This document shows, piece by piece, positions 11,885 to 23,877 of a DNA stretch of 64,000 bases (positions are counted from its first letter, which is position 1; the number at the start of each line of letters is the position of its first letter). The stretch spans positions 13,020,001-13,084,000 of the forward strand of contig JAQFVV010000007.1 in NCBI GenBank assembly GCA_028023455.1, given 5' to 3'. The stretch is from Epiperipatus broadwayi. Taxonomy: Eukaryota > Animalia > Onychophora. Made by a program: the position numbers and the translations under genes. The notes below the pieces were generated by a model. The model was not told the origin of the DNA and made no database searches. It saw only the letters and a program-made list of their open reading frames with translations.

Positions 11885-12432
11885 ATATGTATACAGTATT
11901 ATAGATTCAGTAATTATATATATTTTAAGTTTATACATTTTATATTCAAAATACTGAATGCAGCACTAACATTGTGTTTGATGAATAAAATATTGTATGT
12001 GCTATACAATTACAGCAAAGTCATTACCTGTCTACGTATTACAGTAATGTACTTTTGGGTAAAATGAATTTAAAATACATATTCTCTGATGTCATCAGTG
12101 AAGCCAAATTTAAGATGGCTGCCAAAAAAAATTTTTTTTAAATTTTTCCCGATCGTTATAGTGAATAATCGATTGTAAATCGAAGTAGTGGATACAAATT
12201 GATGATGATTGCTATTGTGAAATATCACTAAGTAGCCAATCACTAAACATGGTAAAGATGTAAACCCAATGTTTACACTTTATTCGTGTCTGTGGCATGC
12301 AGTCTTATCATGATGATTTACGCACACTTTTTGGAAGGGCAGGATCCCGTGCTTTTGGAAATAGATCACTGCATCATTTTCTGTGACAGGAAAGTCCCAA
12401 ATTTTTATCATTATGACAATTTACCAAAAAAA

Positions 12433-12627
12433 AAACTGCTGATAAAAAGAAAGACAATGGATTGAATCAAAGTACAACAATGTTGAGAGCATCTTGTCAA
12501 TTCCCACATTATAATATAAGTAAAAAACAAACTGCTGATAAAAAGAAAGACAATGGATTGAATCAAAGTACAACAATGTTGAGAGCATCTTGTCAATTCC
12601 CACATTATAATATAAGTAAAAAACAAA
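12433..12627. repeat. Perfect 96-bp tandem duplication
   Basis: actgctgataaaaagaaagacaatgg...taagtaaaaaac is identical at period 96; explains ORFs 12411-12626 and 12421-12603. Confidence 0.95.
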
Positions 12628-15101
12628 AGATGGGGTAAAAGCTTCTTAATGAAATTTATTAGAATTTATTCCTTTTTTTTTAATTTAACAATCAATTTAT
12701 TAATCTTGTTTTAATTTAACAATTAAAACATTTTTGGTAGATTATAGGCCCACGAAACAGTACATTTATCAAAAAATACAGGCTGCCATCTTGGTTTATT
12801 TGAAAATTCAGGAGTACTATTTATTATGTAAACTTAATTCATAAGCATCTTATTTTTAACTCATGGTTATTTATAAACATTGTCCATTTTAATAAACATT
12901 TAAGTGATTAATAATCATAACAAATCTGAAAATTCCTGACTAAACATTATTATAAGGCAGGGGCAGGTGAGAACTGTTTTAATGCCAATTAAAAAAGGCT
13001 TTGAGTAGCATCATTCTCTGAAGATGGAGATTTAGTAGTAAGAGTAGGATATTTATATGTCTGGTTATCACTGATTACTCAAATGTATATTAGATGATAC
13101 TAGAATAGAAGTGTTTTTTATCTATTTGATTATTAGTTATCTTTTATTAATTTGAAAATCATTACACTTTTCTTTTATTTTAAATTTTATTAAAAATTAA
13201 ATACCTCTCCTGTTTTTTTCAAACTTATTTGAGTGATTTTTAATTTTCTTTTAATATTTTTTTTCTATTCATAATCATAGCTCAACTCAAAATAAAATTA
13301 AAGCAGAAGTCACTGTAAACCCCAGTGAACTATAAATAAAAGAATACAAAGTACAGAATGGATTGAAATGCACTTTAGTTCAATTTATTGATGTGTTATC
13401 TGAATGCTTAAATACAATCCAAGCTAAAATAAGGGTTGTTCCATTCTACATTATTGATAGATTTGTATTAGCTTATATTTAGTTGGCAGATTAACTTCTA
13501 CTTTAATTTCATCTTTGTTTGATCTATCTTTATTAGTTTTTATGTCTCTTAATTGTTGTTTCATTTAATAATCAGGGATTATTAAAAATGAGGTGCAGTC
13601 TTTACTATCTGGTTATTTATAGTGATTACAAAGTGGCTTCCAGTTGAACTGAATTATCATAAAATATAAAATTCATGCCATGTTGTAACACACCAGTAAA
13701 TTAGATGCATAAATATGATTCAAGCTAGAGTATAGGTGGGCTTATTCTATACTCTTTTATTTATTGACATAATTGTATTATTTTTCTTATAGATTTTTGA
13801 GAGTTTACAGTAACTTCTACTTTAATTTCATCCTTTTGAGTTACTATTATTAATCTTTACATCTGTTGACAATTGGTTCCTTTAATATTTACCATTGTTA
13901 ATAATGCAGTGTGACCTTTACTCTCTGATTGTATGTAGTGAATTCAGAATGGCTTATGGTTGTACTGAAATTACAGATTCATGTTGTGTATTGTAATGCC
14001 ATTATTGAATGTTTAGATATGACACGTGCTAAAGAGCAAGTCTTTTCATTTATACATTTTTTGTTTATTTACAGGTTTGTATTAGTTTATAAAGAGAGAG
14101 CTTGTTTGGAAGTTATAATAACTTTTGTTTTTATTTTATTTCTATTCATGCACATGATATTGTAGCTTTAAAAATCATTATGTATATACATATATTATTT
14201 ATGTCTTGTCATGTTGACATTGACTTTTGCAATCATTCAAAGTCATGTCATCTACATTGTTTTCCATGTTTCTCAAAGTTATATTTTATATCACAGATTC
14301 TTCACATATACTGACTGGTTACTTTTTGCATTTCTAGAAGCAATTGCTATATTTGCAATATAAAAATATCAACATTTTTTCTATTGTTTTGTAATGTCCA
14401 AATTTCACATTTAGAGATATTGACCATATGAGAGCTTAAACACTTTTGATCTTTGTTTATTAAAGCTTTTTCATCTAAAAATATTTTTCAGATTTTTCAT
14501 GGCATGTCTCTCCAGTGTTAAATTATATGATTCTCTTGAATACTGGACTCTTTGTTGCTAATGAATGATTCAAGGAGGCAAAATATATCAATATCTTCTA
14601 AGGTTTTTTAATCAATTTTGAAGGCAAATGCTAGTTTCATATCATAACAAATAAAATTAACCAGAATTATTTCCATTTATTTTGTTTTGGTTTTTGACAT
14701 TCAAAAGAAAAGACTTGAGATTTTTTAATTTTATTTTAATTCAACTGTGATGTCATTAGTATATTTAAAGTGGGTGTTATTTCTTTCACCAAACATAAAT
14801 TACTAGTTGCTTTTATTTAATCTAGTTTTCTAATTAAATATGTTTCATCAGTATATCCTATTGAAAAGATTACTGCTTTCCACTCTTGGTTGCCTAAAAT
14901 ATGATCTCTAAATTAACATGTGTTTTATGTAAAAATGTACTTCAGCTATTCACTATAAAAATGTTACTGATGCTAATTGTATTTTATGTCAGACTATTTG
15001 CATCACCTAATATGAGTTTTGAATTTCTTTAGAAAAAATAACTTTATTTAAATATTCCAAATAGATTCAACTGTTCATAATAGCATACAGGTTAGTATAT
15101 C

Positions 15102-15144
15102 CACAATGTTTAAAGATGTATTATTCTCCCTTCTTCTTCAGGTG
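15102..15144 (-). ncRNA. Decayed minimal type-I hammerhead ribozyme, family 2
   Basis: cac CTGAAGA A GAAGGG agaataata CATCTT TAAAC ATT gtg versus family consensus cac CTGAAGA A GAGGGG n9 CCTCTC GAAAC GTT gtg. Confidence 0.6.
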
Positions 15145-15545
15145 CTGCTGGCCTGAACCAAACTTGTACTCTTAGATTCTTTGTATATTGAATATTAAGG
15201 TAACACTCTAACCAACTGAATCATCCTACCAAAAGGCAACAGTCAGTAGAAATTTTATACACATATCTATGAGATTCCTCCTGATTTCTCCATTTTTTCC
15301 TAAGAGCAATGTCGATTAGTAGTTTCTATACATTATGTATTGTTGTCACACTAGATTGTCTTATGAAATTGTTTGTCATTGTCATATAAATAGCTTCTTT
15401 AAATTTTCTTCTTTGTACATTTGCTTTTCTATTTAAAACTTTTGTGTTTTCCCAATTAAACATATGTTCATTGGCACATATATAGTCTGCTACTTAAGGG
15501 TCCAGATTCAATTCCCATACTAGTACTGTCACTGATTAGACCAGA

Positions 15546-15701
15546 AACATCAGAAGAAGAGGGGAAATAATACCTCTCAAAATGCTGTTGATATACTAGA
15601 CTGTGGGATGGATTCAGGTTTCATTCCCATGCTAGTACTATCTCTGGTTAGGTCAGAAACATCTGAAGAAGAAGGGGTAAATAATCCTCTCAAAACCTTT
15701 G
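15546..15701 (+). ncRNA. Two tandem decayed HHRs, family 2 (period 112 bp)
   Basis: CAGAAGA A GAGGGG aaataata CCTCTC AAAATGCT and CTGAAGA A GAAGGG gtaaataat CCTCTC AAAACCTT. Confidence 0.6.
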
Positions 15702-16824
15702 CTTATACTAACCTGTGTGGTATTACTAACAGTTGAATGTATTTGGAATATTTAAATAAAATTAATTTTTCTAAAGACATTCAATACTTATATCAGATGA
15801 TGGAAATAGTCCAACATATAAATACTACTAAAACATCATCATCACAAATCTTCAGGAAAACTTTAAGATGTTAATATGTCTGCATTATGAGTTATAACAT
15901 CATACACAATGACATATTTTTTTATCTTTATCAATTATTTTCATTCTTTTTCCTGTCATCGTGAAATCTTACAAATTATTTGAAAACACTAGTGACATTC
16001 ATGATATCACTTGATTCTGAATATGTCTTTGGTTGTTTTTCTTAAATTAATTTAATTATAGTGTATTAAAATACCAAATACCATGTCACATTTCATGGCA
16101 TTATTTATGATTAAGGTATGCTAGTACCTTAAAATGTATATGATGGATAGTTAAAATATGTCATTACATAACACGTGTATTGATTCTGAAATGGTTCTAT
16201 ACTTAGCTTAGAGAGACCAGTCACCTTTATACTTAAACATAGTGTGTGCATATATATATAATCATCAGTAAAGATATATCGCATATATGTCATGCGCATA
16301 TAGTGATGTATGAAGATAAATGACGCTATTGATTTTTTTGTGTGTGGAAAAGAAAATCAATATCACTTATTTTATTTATTTCAAATATCACTATTAATCA
16401 ATTTTAACTTACTATGCGTAGGTTCTTGAAGTTGGCCTTGCACTTTTTGTGGAATTGAGATTTTATGATGATTTATTCCTTTACTCTATTATCTGATTTA
16501 TCTTTATAACACCGAGTTTCAAATTGTAGTAGCGGACATTTACTTAACACTAGAATTGACATCTTTTTAATTAATAGTATATTTCCACTTTGACTTTTGA
16601 ATAATATAAAATAACTTAAATTTGGTGTTTCTTATATCTACATACGAATATGCAAAAAAAAATTAAACGAGAACTTATTTTTAAATGTAACACATTGAAT
16701 ATATATACTTCTCAAATATTGTATCCTTTTGAAGGCACACAATTTGAAAATAGATAATTCTAAATTGAGACTGGAAAATACTGTTATTGCTCTTTTTTTT
16801 TTTTTTTTTGAAAAATAGAAATTG

Positions 16825-17065
16825 ATACAGAGATGACTTAATTGGTTAGATGTTTGATTCCCATGCTACTACTGTCACTGGTCAAGTGAGAAACACCTGA
16901 AGAAGAGGGGAGATTAATACCTCTCAAAAAGTTGTTCAGATATTAACTTGTGTGCTATTACTAACAGATGAATGTATTTGGAATATTTAAATAAAGTTAT
17001 TTTTTTCTAAAAACATTCAATATTTATATTAGATGCTGGAAATAGTCCAACATATAAATACAATA
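16825..17065 (+). mobile_element. PLE family 2 fragment with HHR at 16894-16935
   Basis: A-box remnant (gacttaattggttaga), B-box remnant (gtttgattccc), then cac CTGAAGA A GAGGGG agattaata CCTCTC AAAAA GTT and the family downstream tail. Confidence 0.75.
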
Positions 17066-18074
17066 AAAATGAAATTATTTTCTTCCAGATTAATATAGTT
17101 TAGTATAGTGATAGAATGATAACTTCTGGAGTTCAAAGTTCATGGATTGACATTCTGCTATCACTTCTGGGTTTAACTTTTTTTATAAACACCTGATCAA
17201 TAAATCATAATTACTATTTTATCATTTGATTCTGTCCTAAATCAAACATACATGGCATTAAGTATAATATATTTAAATTACACTGGCCAAAACAATGCTT
17301 AAAATTAACCAGTAGATTATCAAAAATGAAAATTTCTGAGTGTTGCCATGACAACATTTTCCTGATATTATATTGGTTAATATTAAGAATTGACGATATA
17401 TTGTACTTTTATAAGATAACAAATAAGCTATATGTTCTTAGAGTTTACTCCAAAATATTGTATTTTTAAATATAAAAAGACAAGTGATTTCAGAAAAAGT
17501 CTAAATATTAGGATGTTTAACAAAATTATGCAAATACAAAGAAAAAAAAGTATAAACAAATACACACATAATTGTACTCCAATATCTTTGCTTCCATGGA
17601 CTCCTATGATTTAACTGATTTATTATAAAACTATTACTGATTTATTCATAGGAAGTTATTGAAAGTGTTAAATATAACATTTAATGCATTTTTGATGTTG
17701 AGCATCCAAGTCAAAAGGCAATCATGCATGTTCCAAAATACACTCAATGGAACACCATTTGTTTTTTTTGTTTGTTTTTTTTGTCATTACCAAGTTTATG
17801 TAATTAATAAATTATGCTTCTTTAATTTTACACTTCATGTTATTACATTCAATGCAAAATATCTGTATTTCATTATGTTTGAAAACATGACCAAACATAT
17901 TTAAAATATAAAAATATATTATAAAAAAAAAAAATCATTTAACACACTTTTTTTTCAAATCTTGCTTTTTTTACTGTATGAAATATTTTTATTTCAATTT
18001 TCCTCCAACATTTCAAACATATTATATGATTATTGTCAATGATTATTCCTGCTATATATACATATATTAAAAAT

Positions 18075-18184
18075 AATAAAATATAACGGTAATAAACTAT
18101 TATAAACAGTCTTTCAATCCGCAGAAGTACTTTCAGTAATTAACCGAAACTCTTTATAATAGTTTATTACCGTTATATTTTATT
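18075..18184. mobile_element. MITE-like hairpin with perfect 32-bp inverted arms
   Basis: aataaaatataacggtaataaactattataaa (18075-18106) is the exact reverse complement of 18153-18184; 46-bp spacer; CpGs retained. Confidence 0.75.
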
Positions 18185-18277
18185 TTTTTATTATGATGAC
18201 AATTTTGATCTAATTAAAAGACATTTTATTTATTATATATATATACCCACAAATATGTGTAAGTCCATAAAGAATTT

Positions 18278-18557
18278 CTAAAACAACATAAGAAAATATT
18301 TTATCACATAAATTACAATTTGTTTTAACTTCTTTCTTGCTACTTTCATATGTGTTTACATACTTTCACATTTTAGAAATCTAGTGTAATTACCGAAGTG
18401 CAATTATAATAACTAAAGTTTACTTTATATACAAATTTAAGTTTAAAAAAATTTAAAGTGTAAAGATATGTAGACACATATGTATGTAAGTTATAAGTAA
18501 ATTTTAAAAAATTGTAATTTAGATAATGAAATATTTTTTATTTTGTTGTTTTCGGAT
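18278..18557. repeat. Old diverged foldback (inverted repeat)
   Basis: aaaacaacataagaaaatatt...aaattacaattt pairs with aaattgtaattt...aaatattttttattttgttgtttt; inner catatgtgtttacata pairs with tatgtagacacatatg. Confidence 0.6.
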
Positions 18558-18663
18558 TTTATTGTAAGTTTTGTTTAGTAAATATATATATAATCTTATA
18601 TTGAATATTTATAAGTACAGTAATCAGATATATGTAAAGTATAGCTTTACGAATTTTTTCCAC

Positions 18664-18705
18664 TTAGGAGGGCTTTCGACTATCCTTGTAGTTTTTGTCA
18701 ACTAA
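18664..18705 (-). ncRNA. Minimal type-I HHR, family 4
   Basis: TTAG TTGACAA A AACTAC AAGG ATAGTC GAAA GCCC TC CTAA. Confidence 0.65.
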
Positions 18706-18827
18706 CACTTTGAAAGGCTACTTCCCACAATTCCATGATCTTAAAGTTTGCTACCTGCATAATTATTCAATTAGGAGTGACAAATGTTATGATCACAAAA
18801 TTAAGGGGAGGTTAGCTTTTCAAAGTA

Positions 18828-18981
18828 TTAGTTGACAAAGATTATGAGGATTGATAGTCAAAAGTGCTCCTAAGTGAATAACATGCAGAGAGCAAACATT
18901 AAGATCACAGAATTGTTGGAAAGGTAGCCTTTCAAAGTGTTAGTTGATAAAGACTATGAGGATAGTTGAAAGTGCTCCTAA
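18828..18981 (+). ncRNA. Two tandem minimal type-I HHRs, family 4 (18828-18873, 18940-18981)
   Basis: TTAG TTGATAA A GACTAT GAGG ATAGTT GAAA GTGC TC CTAA: helix I TTAG/CTAA, helix II GACTAT/ATAGTY, inferred palindromic helix III AGCGCT. Confidence 0.7.
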
Positions 18982-21715
18982 GTGAGTAAAATTTTTCAAG
19001 TTATACTTTACATATATCTGATTACTGTATTTATACATATTTTATTACATATATTGATTTGAAGAAATATAATCATCGAATTATAATATTATTACATATA
19101 TATGATAAGAAATCATATAACCTAAATATAGCCATATAATTCTGAAAAGAAAAAAAAAAGGATTGAGTCATTATTAGAAACAGAAGTAAATGGAGTTGAA
19201 TCTAAATATACTAGCTATTAACTAAAAATTCTCTCATGACCATGGTTTCATCTATTAACAAATGTAGAACTTTTGAAAAAGGAACAACTAGATTTAAAAA
19301 AGCCAGGGATAACATATAACAAATATCATTCTGCAAACATTAAATGTTTTAGTACAATGGTAAGGTATCATACTATGGAGCATAAGATCCTCAAATCAAT
19401 TCCATATCTTGTACTTCCAGTGTTTGAATTTCTTATGATTTTTTAAGAATTACAGCCATTTTATTATTTATTTTATTTATCAACCTATTTAATTGTACAA
19501 AAAAAAAAATCAGAAAAGAAAAAGAAGTGTGTTAAAATTCAAAATATTATTAGCAACAAAATAGTGATTTGACACTACTTGAACTATGTGTCATAAATTA
19601 CTTAACCTTTTAAAAAGTATAATAAATCAAAATTGTCCATAAGAATATAAGAGAAAATAAGAAACATGTTTGAAATAGAAAAGAGGACAGGAAAAAAAGA
19701 TACAATTTGATAAAGTATATTTATTATATATCTAGAAAAGTAATAGATAGGATCAAATAAAAAGGGAAAACATCAGAACATGATATGAGAATAAATAATT
19801 TAAAAGATATACTGAAGATATTGTAATCTAATCACTGAAGAAAGTAAAAAATATTGACATTTATATATGAAAAAGCAAATAGATACATTTTAAGCATAAA
19901 CATGACTAAAATGAAAGCAAATTGATAGAGGAGTATGGTAAATGGAAAAAATTAAAAGTGAACAAACTGTATTAGACAATATACAAAGTTTTCTGTATCT
20001 TACAAATAGTATTATTAATTATTTTAATACCCACACACACCCCTATATATTTGTGAGTGTGTGGGTAATAGATAGTATAATTCACTTTAAATTAGTTGTA
20101 AATAAATTTGAAGAGATGTCAATCCCAATCAAAATCCATAATACATTTTTTACTATGAATGCCACATTACATTAAAAATTGATCAATTGTGTTGCAGTTT
20201 ACATTTCAGTAATAATGCCTTGATTAATATATTGACATATTAGACTAGGCTAATTTTAAGAAAGTGACCATAATGCAACATATTCATGTTTTAGCACCAA
20301 GTCAGATACCATTGCAGTTTTAATATAATGTGGCTGTTGTATTTGTATGGATTGATAGAAGTTCCAGGAAGTTAACAAACAAAATTATTCCTGAAACTCA
20401 ATATTGCAATTTTTATGGAGTATGGTAACAATAGTAAAAATTATATTATGTACACTGATTGGAGCTGATATCTCTTCAAATGTTTCTCATGATATTTATT
20501 GGGAAAATAAAATAAAAACTAGGTGGACTGAGATCAATTCTAGAAGCTATAGATATGATTGTGAAATGCAAAAACCCCAGGTTTGAAACCAAATTTAATA
20601 TACACCTGGGTCTTGTTTTATGTGGATTTTTTAAATGTGATTTTGAAGTTATGTGATTCATGTTTCTTCTTAATATCTGTTTATGCGGTTTTCTTTTATG
20701 TGATAAAGCAGTTCATATTTCACTTAAAATTGAGATTTCTCTGTTTTATATACACACATTATATTTTACATACTTTAAATGCCTGTTGGAAAAAGGTTTG
20801 GCAATAAATTTAGATACTATAGAACATTTAGAAAAAGGTAATGAAACAAAATTGGAACCTATTTTTTTCATAGAAAAAATGATTCAAAAAAGTCTTCAAC
20901 TTCTAATCAATTGGACAATCATTTTCTTGTTAAAGTCATAAATTATGAATGAGCTAAATACGTAGTTGTATGTATCTGGATATCATGAGCTTCATAAACA
21001 ATTAGTAAAATCATCATCTTAAAGCTTAATCACCGATTACATTGTTGACAGAAAGCCATTAACTTTTAGACTGAAAATTTTTTTATTGGCTGAGTGAATT
21101 AAAGTTTTAAACTTTTAATTGGTTCAATTACAGAGTCAGTAGTAAAATTATATTCATCTTTTAATATTAGATTCATTTGTAAAAAGCAAATTAATAATTC
21201 ATCAGATTATGAAAGTGAACAAAAGTTTTTTTCAAAAATACATTTTTATTTATAATTATAAAAATATTATATAGTGGAGAATCTAAAAAGAACATTCATA
21301 ACCTATTAGAAAATGCTTTGTATGTCATTGATTTCTTTCTCAATTTACATTCATATAAAAGTAAAGAATTTTTACTAAAATCCTAACTATTTTTCTAAAG
21401 TAATTTCATTTTCAGCAGGTTTTATCAAAATAATTTATAATATGTAAAAAAATATGGAAAAAAACTCTAAAATATACATTTTCATTTTGAATGTCAAGTG
21501 TTCAAAATGAGTAGCAACAACAGCACCTTATGATATATTTTAAGCTTTAAAAAGACCATAAATTCACTATAATAATAACCATTTTTGAGCAACTTGAAAC
21601 CATGAACAAAAATTTTCAGTTGATGCACTTATTAATCACAGCATGAGACTGAAGTTGGTGCTAATTGCATTTCCTCTTGTGACAAATCCGTATTCTTATC
21701 AGTTCTTAAATGTAT

Positions 21716-21958
21716 AAGCCAATAAACATCACATGACCAGATCTTATGCTTGTGTATAACTGTTGTTAAAACAGGCAAAACTCACTATATATATATATAT
21801 ATATAGCCACTGACGAAGGCCATAAGCCAGACACTAGTCTGGGGATATTGGATGAGTAGGCACTAGATGGGGATTTTATGCACAAGCCTTCTGTCATCCA
21901 TTGATTACTCTAGCTTGATGTGTGTAGCAATATATATAGTGAGTTTTGCCTGTTTTTC
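21716..21958. mobile_element. HHR family 3 foldback insertion, probable 8-bp TSD AAATGTAT
   Basis: Short minus arm (about 21716-21790) and plus arm with HHR; ends are inverted (aaaacaggcaaaactcactatata / tatatagtgagttttgcctgtttt); AAATGTAT at 21708-21715 and 21959-21966. Confidence 0.8.
21807..21842 (+). ncRNA. Minimal type-I HHR, family 3
   Basis: cca CTGACGA A GGC CATAA GCC A GACAC TA GTC tgg; helix I cca/tgg, palindromic helix III ACTAGT; A14 is C in this copy. Confidence 0.7.
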
Positions 21959-22903
21959 AAATGTATCTGCATATTATCAAATAGTGATAATGATTAAAAT
22001 ATGTTTGAAAAAATGTAAAATAAATTACACATAAAAACGTAATGTTTTGAATAAAATTAAATTGTTAATAAAAAAAGTTTGTCTTGAATCAATTTTTTAT
22101 TAGTCATACTTTATTTCCATATTATTTTTATGCGAATTTTAAAGTAATTTTACATTGTTGCTTTGCTTTTATGTGATTTTTGAAAATTATGAAACATATC
22201 CCACATTTTTCAATGTAAGTTAAGTTTATTTTTGTGCAATTTCTTTTATGTGTGTTTTTGTGAAACCTACCTATCACATAAAATGAGACCCAGGTGTACT
22301 GAATATAGGCATATGCACCATCATATGATTTAACTGTAAAATCTCACTTCCAACAAAACATTCATCAAGAAGGATTTTGGTCATTGACAGAAGGTGCTGT
22401 GAAAGGTTACTGAAAATTGGATGGACATAATAAAAAAGATGATTTTTTTAAGAAAATGATATGATACCTTAGAATATAAAACAAATGACATAAATAATAA
22501 TGTGGAAATTAATTGCACTTTCTCTGCATTCTTGAAAGATTAAAGACTAAATTTATGACAGCTGTTGAAGAATATCTTATATGCTTATGGATGTTAAGTG
22601 CATATTTTTCTATGAGAATGTTTAAAAGGAAAAAAAAAACTATTTGATGATTGAGTGAATTACTTATGAGAGAGCTTTCTAAAGATAAAATCATAAAGAA
22701 AAAAGCATTTCTTCCACAAAGCAAATCCAAACTCAGTTCATAGGCATAGCAGATGTATTGCCTAGCTCTGAATCAATTTCCAAATTAACAAAGTATTATA
22801 TTCTGTTTACAAATATGGTCATAACTATTTCATCATTAAATTACAAATGTATGGTTATTTTCTAAGTTACAACATTGGTAATATGTCCATTATTGTGAAT
22901 GTT

Positions 22904-23513
22904 TATACAGAGGCAAAACTCTCTATACAGTAGCATCACACAATGCAAGCCAAAGTATTTATGGGTGGAGGAAGATTTATGCATAAAATTCCAATCTACT
23001 GCCTACTCATCCAATATTCCTTTATTAGTTTATAGCATGTTGCTTCCATCAGAGAGGAGCTTTGGACCTGAATGCACTGCAACTATATCTTAGGATCTAA
23101 TGCAATCCCCCAGCAGACATTTTACCTTATTAACTAACTATAAAGCTTAGAGTCTAAAGTAAAAACACAATAATGTCTTCAATTCAACTCAGTAACTCAT
23201 ATAGTCACAAATATTTGAAGTCAGTTCTGTGTCCATACTTTTGGTGTCTTTGTTTCTTTAATAACCACAATCTCCATAATTCTTTAGGATTGATATTAAA
23301 CTACCAAAAATCATGATCACCATTCTGTATGCTTTCACAAGCTGTTTACACAGAGGCAAAGCTCTCCATATAGTAGCACCATACAGTGAAGCCAGAGTAA
23401 AATCTTCCTGCTTTCATTGATTTCTCTGGCTTGCACTGAGTGGTGCTACTATATGAAGCATTTTGCTTCTATCTAAACAGTTTGTGTAAGCATAAAGAAT
23501 GGTGATCATGTAA
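22904..23513. mobile_element. HHR family 3 foldback insertion with 13-bp TSD TATTGTGAATGTT
   Basis: Minus arm of more than one monomer (aligns with 61680-62160), plus arm about 23420-23513; TSD at 22891-22903 and 23514-23526; decayed HHR about 23023-23052(-). Confidence 0.85.
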
Positions 23514-23746
23514 TATTGTGAATGTTCTTGGATATCATATTTTTATAAAAAAAAAATTGTTTAACATTTTAAATGAAACTTAAAAAATAGACTGTTGGGG
23601 CCTTGAAAATAGATGATTTTTGTTTCAATGGAAAAATTGTTTTTTAGTAAAATTCATCACAGCTTATTTACAATAGCAAAATGAATATATATATAAAATA
23701 CATATTTTGCGGGTTCATCCGTGTTAAAAACTTTTAATATCAATAC

Positions 23747-23786
23747 ACTGACGTTTCGACTTGGTCACACAAGCCATCCACAGAGT
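23747..23786 (-). ncRNA. Minimal type-I HHR (family 1) in pLTR of copy A
   Basis: act CTGTGGA T GGCTTG TGTGAC CAAGTC GAAAC GTC agt. Confidence 0.75.
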
Positions 23787-23877
23787 TATAGAAAGGTAGA
23801 AAGACGGTTGAAGAGGCGCTACAATCACTGGTTTGAATAAAACATTAAAAATCCCACCAATACCAAAAATGTTAAAT

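Larger units (their letters stand above)
14975..15865. mobile_element. PLE family 2 foldback insertion: minus arm (ORF end + tRNA-like head + HHR) and plus arm (two tandem B-box+HHR units)
   Basis: 15180-15497 is homologous to 55640-55950 (3' end of a GIY-YIG ORF). HHR-like cores at 15102-15144(-), 15546-15590(+) and 15660-15701(+); shared downstream sequence on both arms. Confidence 0.8.
18605..19049. mobile_element. HHR family 4 foldback insertion (one minus and two tandem plus HHR units of about 110 bp), possible TSD TATATTGA
   Basis: Left arm is the reverse complement of the right arm; units repeat at 18832 and 18944; TATATTGA at 18597-18604 and 19050-19057. Confidence 0.8.
20601..22298. 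mobile_element. Possible decayed non-autonomous DNA transposon bounded by 24-bp TIRs
   Basis: TACACCTGGGTCTTGTTTTATGTG versus reverse complement of 22275-22298 (22/24 match); subterminal TTTTATGTG repeats; no transposase seen. Confidence 0.4.

Noticed and set aside
12433-12627. Tandem repeats (also 4250, 5458, 58680, 62200) as CRISPR arrays
   Set aside because: Contiguous duplications without unique spacers; no cas genes; eukaryotic context.
18107-18152. HHR in the hairpin spacer (CCGAAACTC / CTGAAAG)
   Set aside because: No CUGANGA core and helix II in the correct order on either strand.
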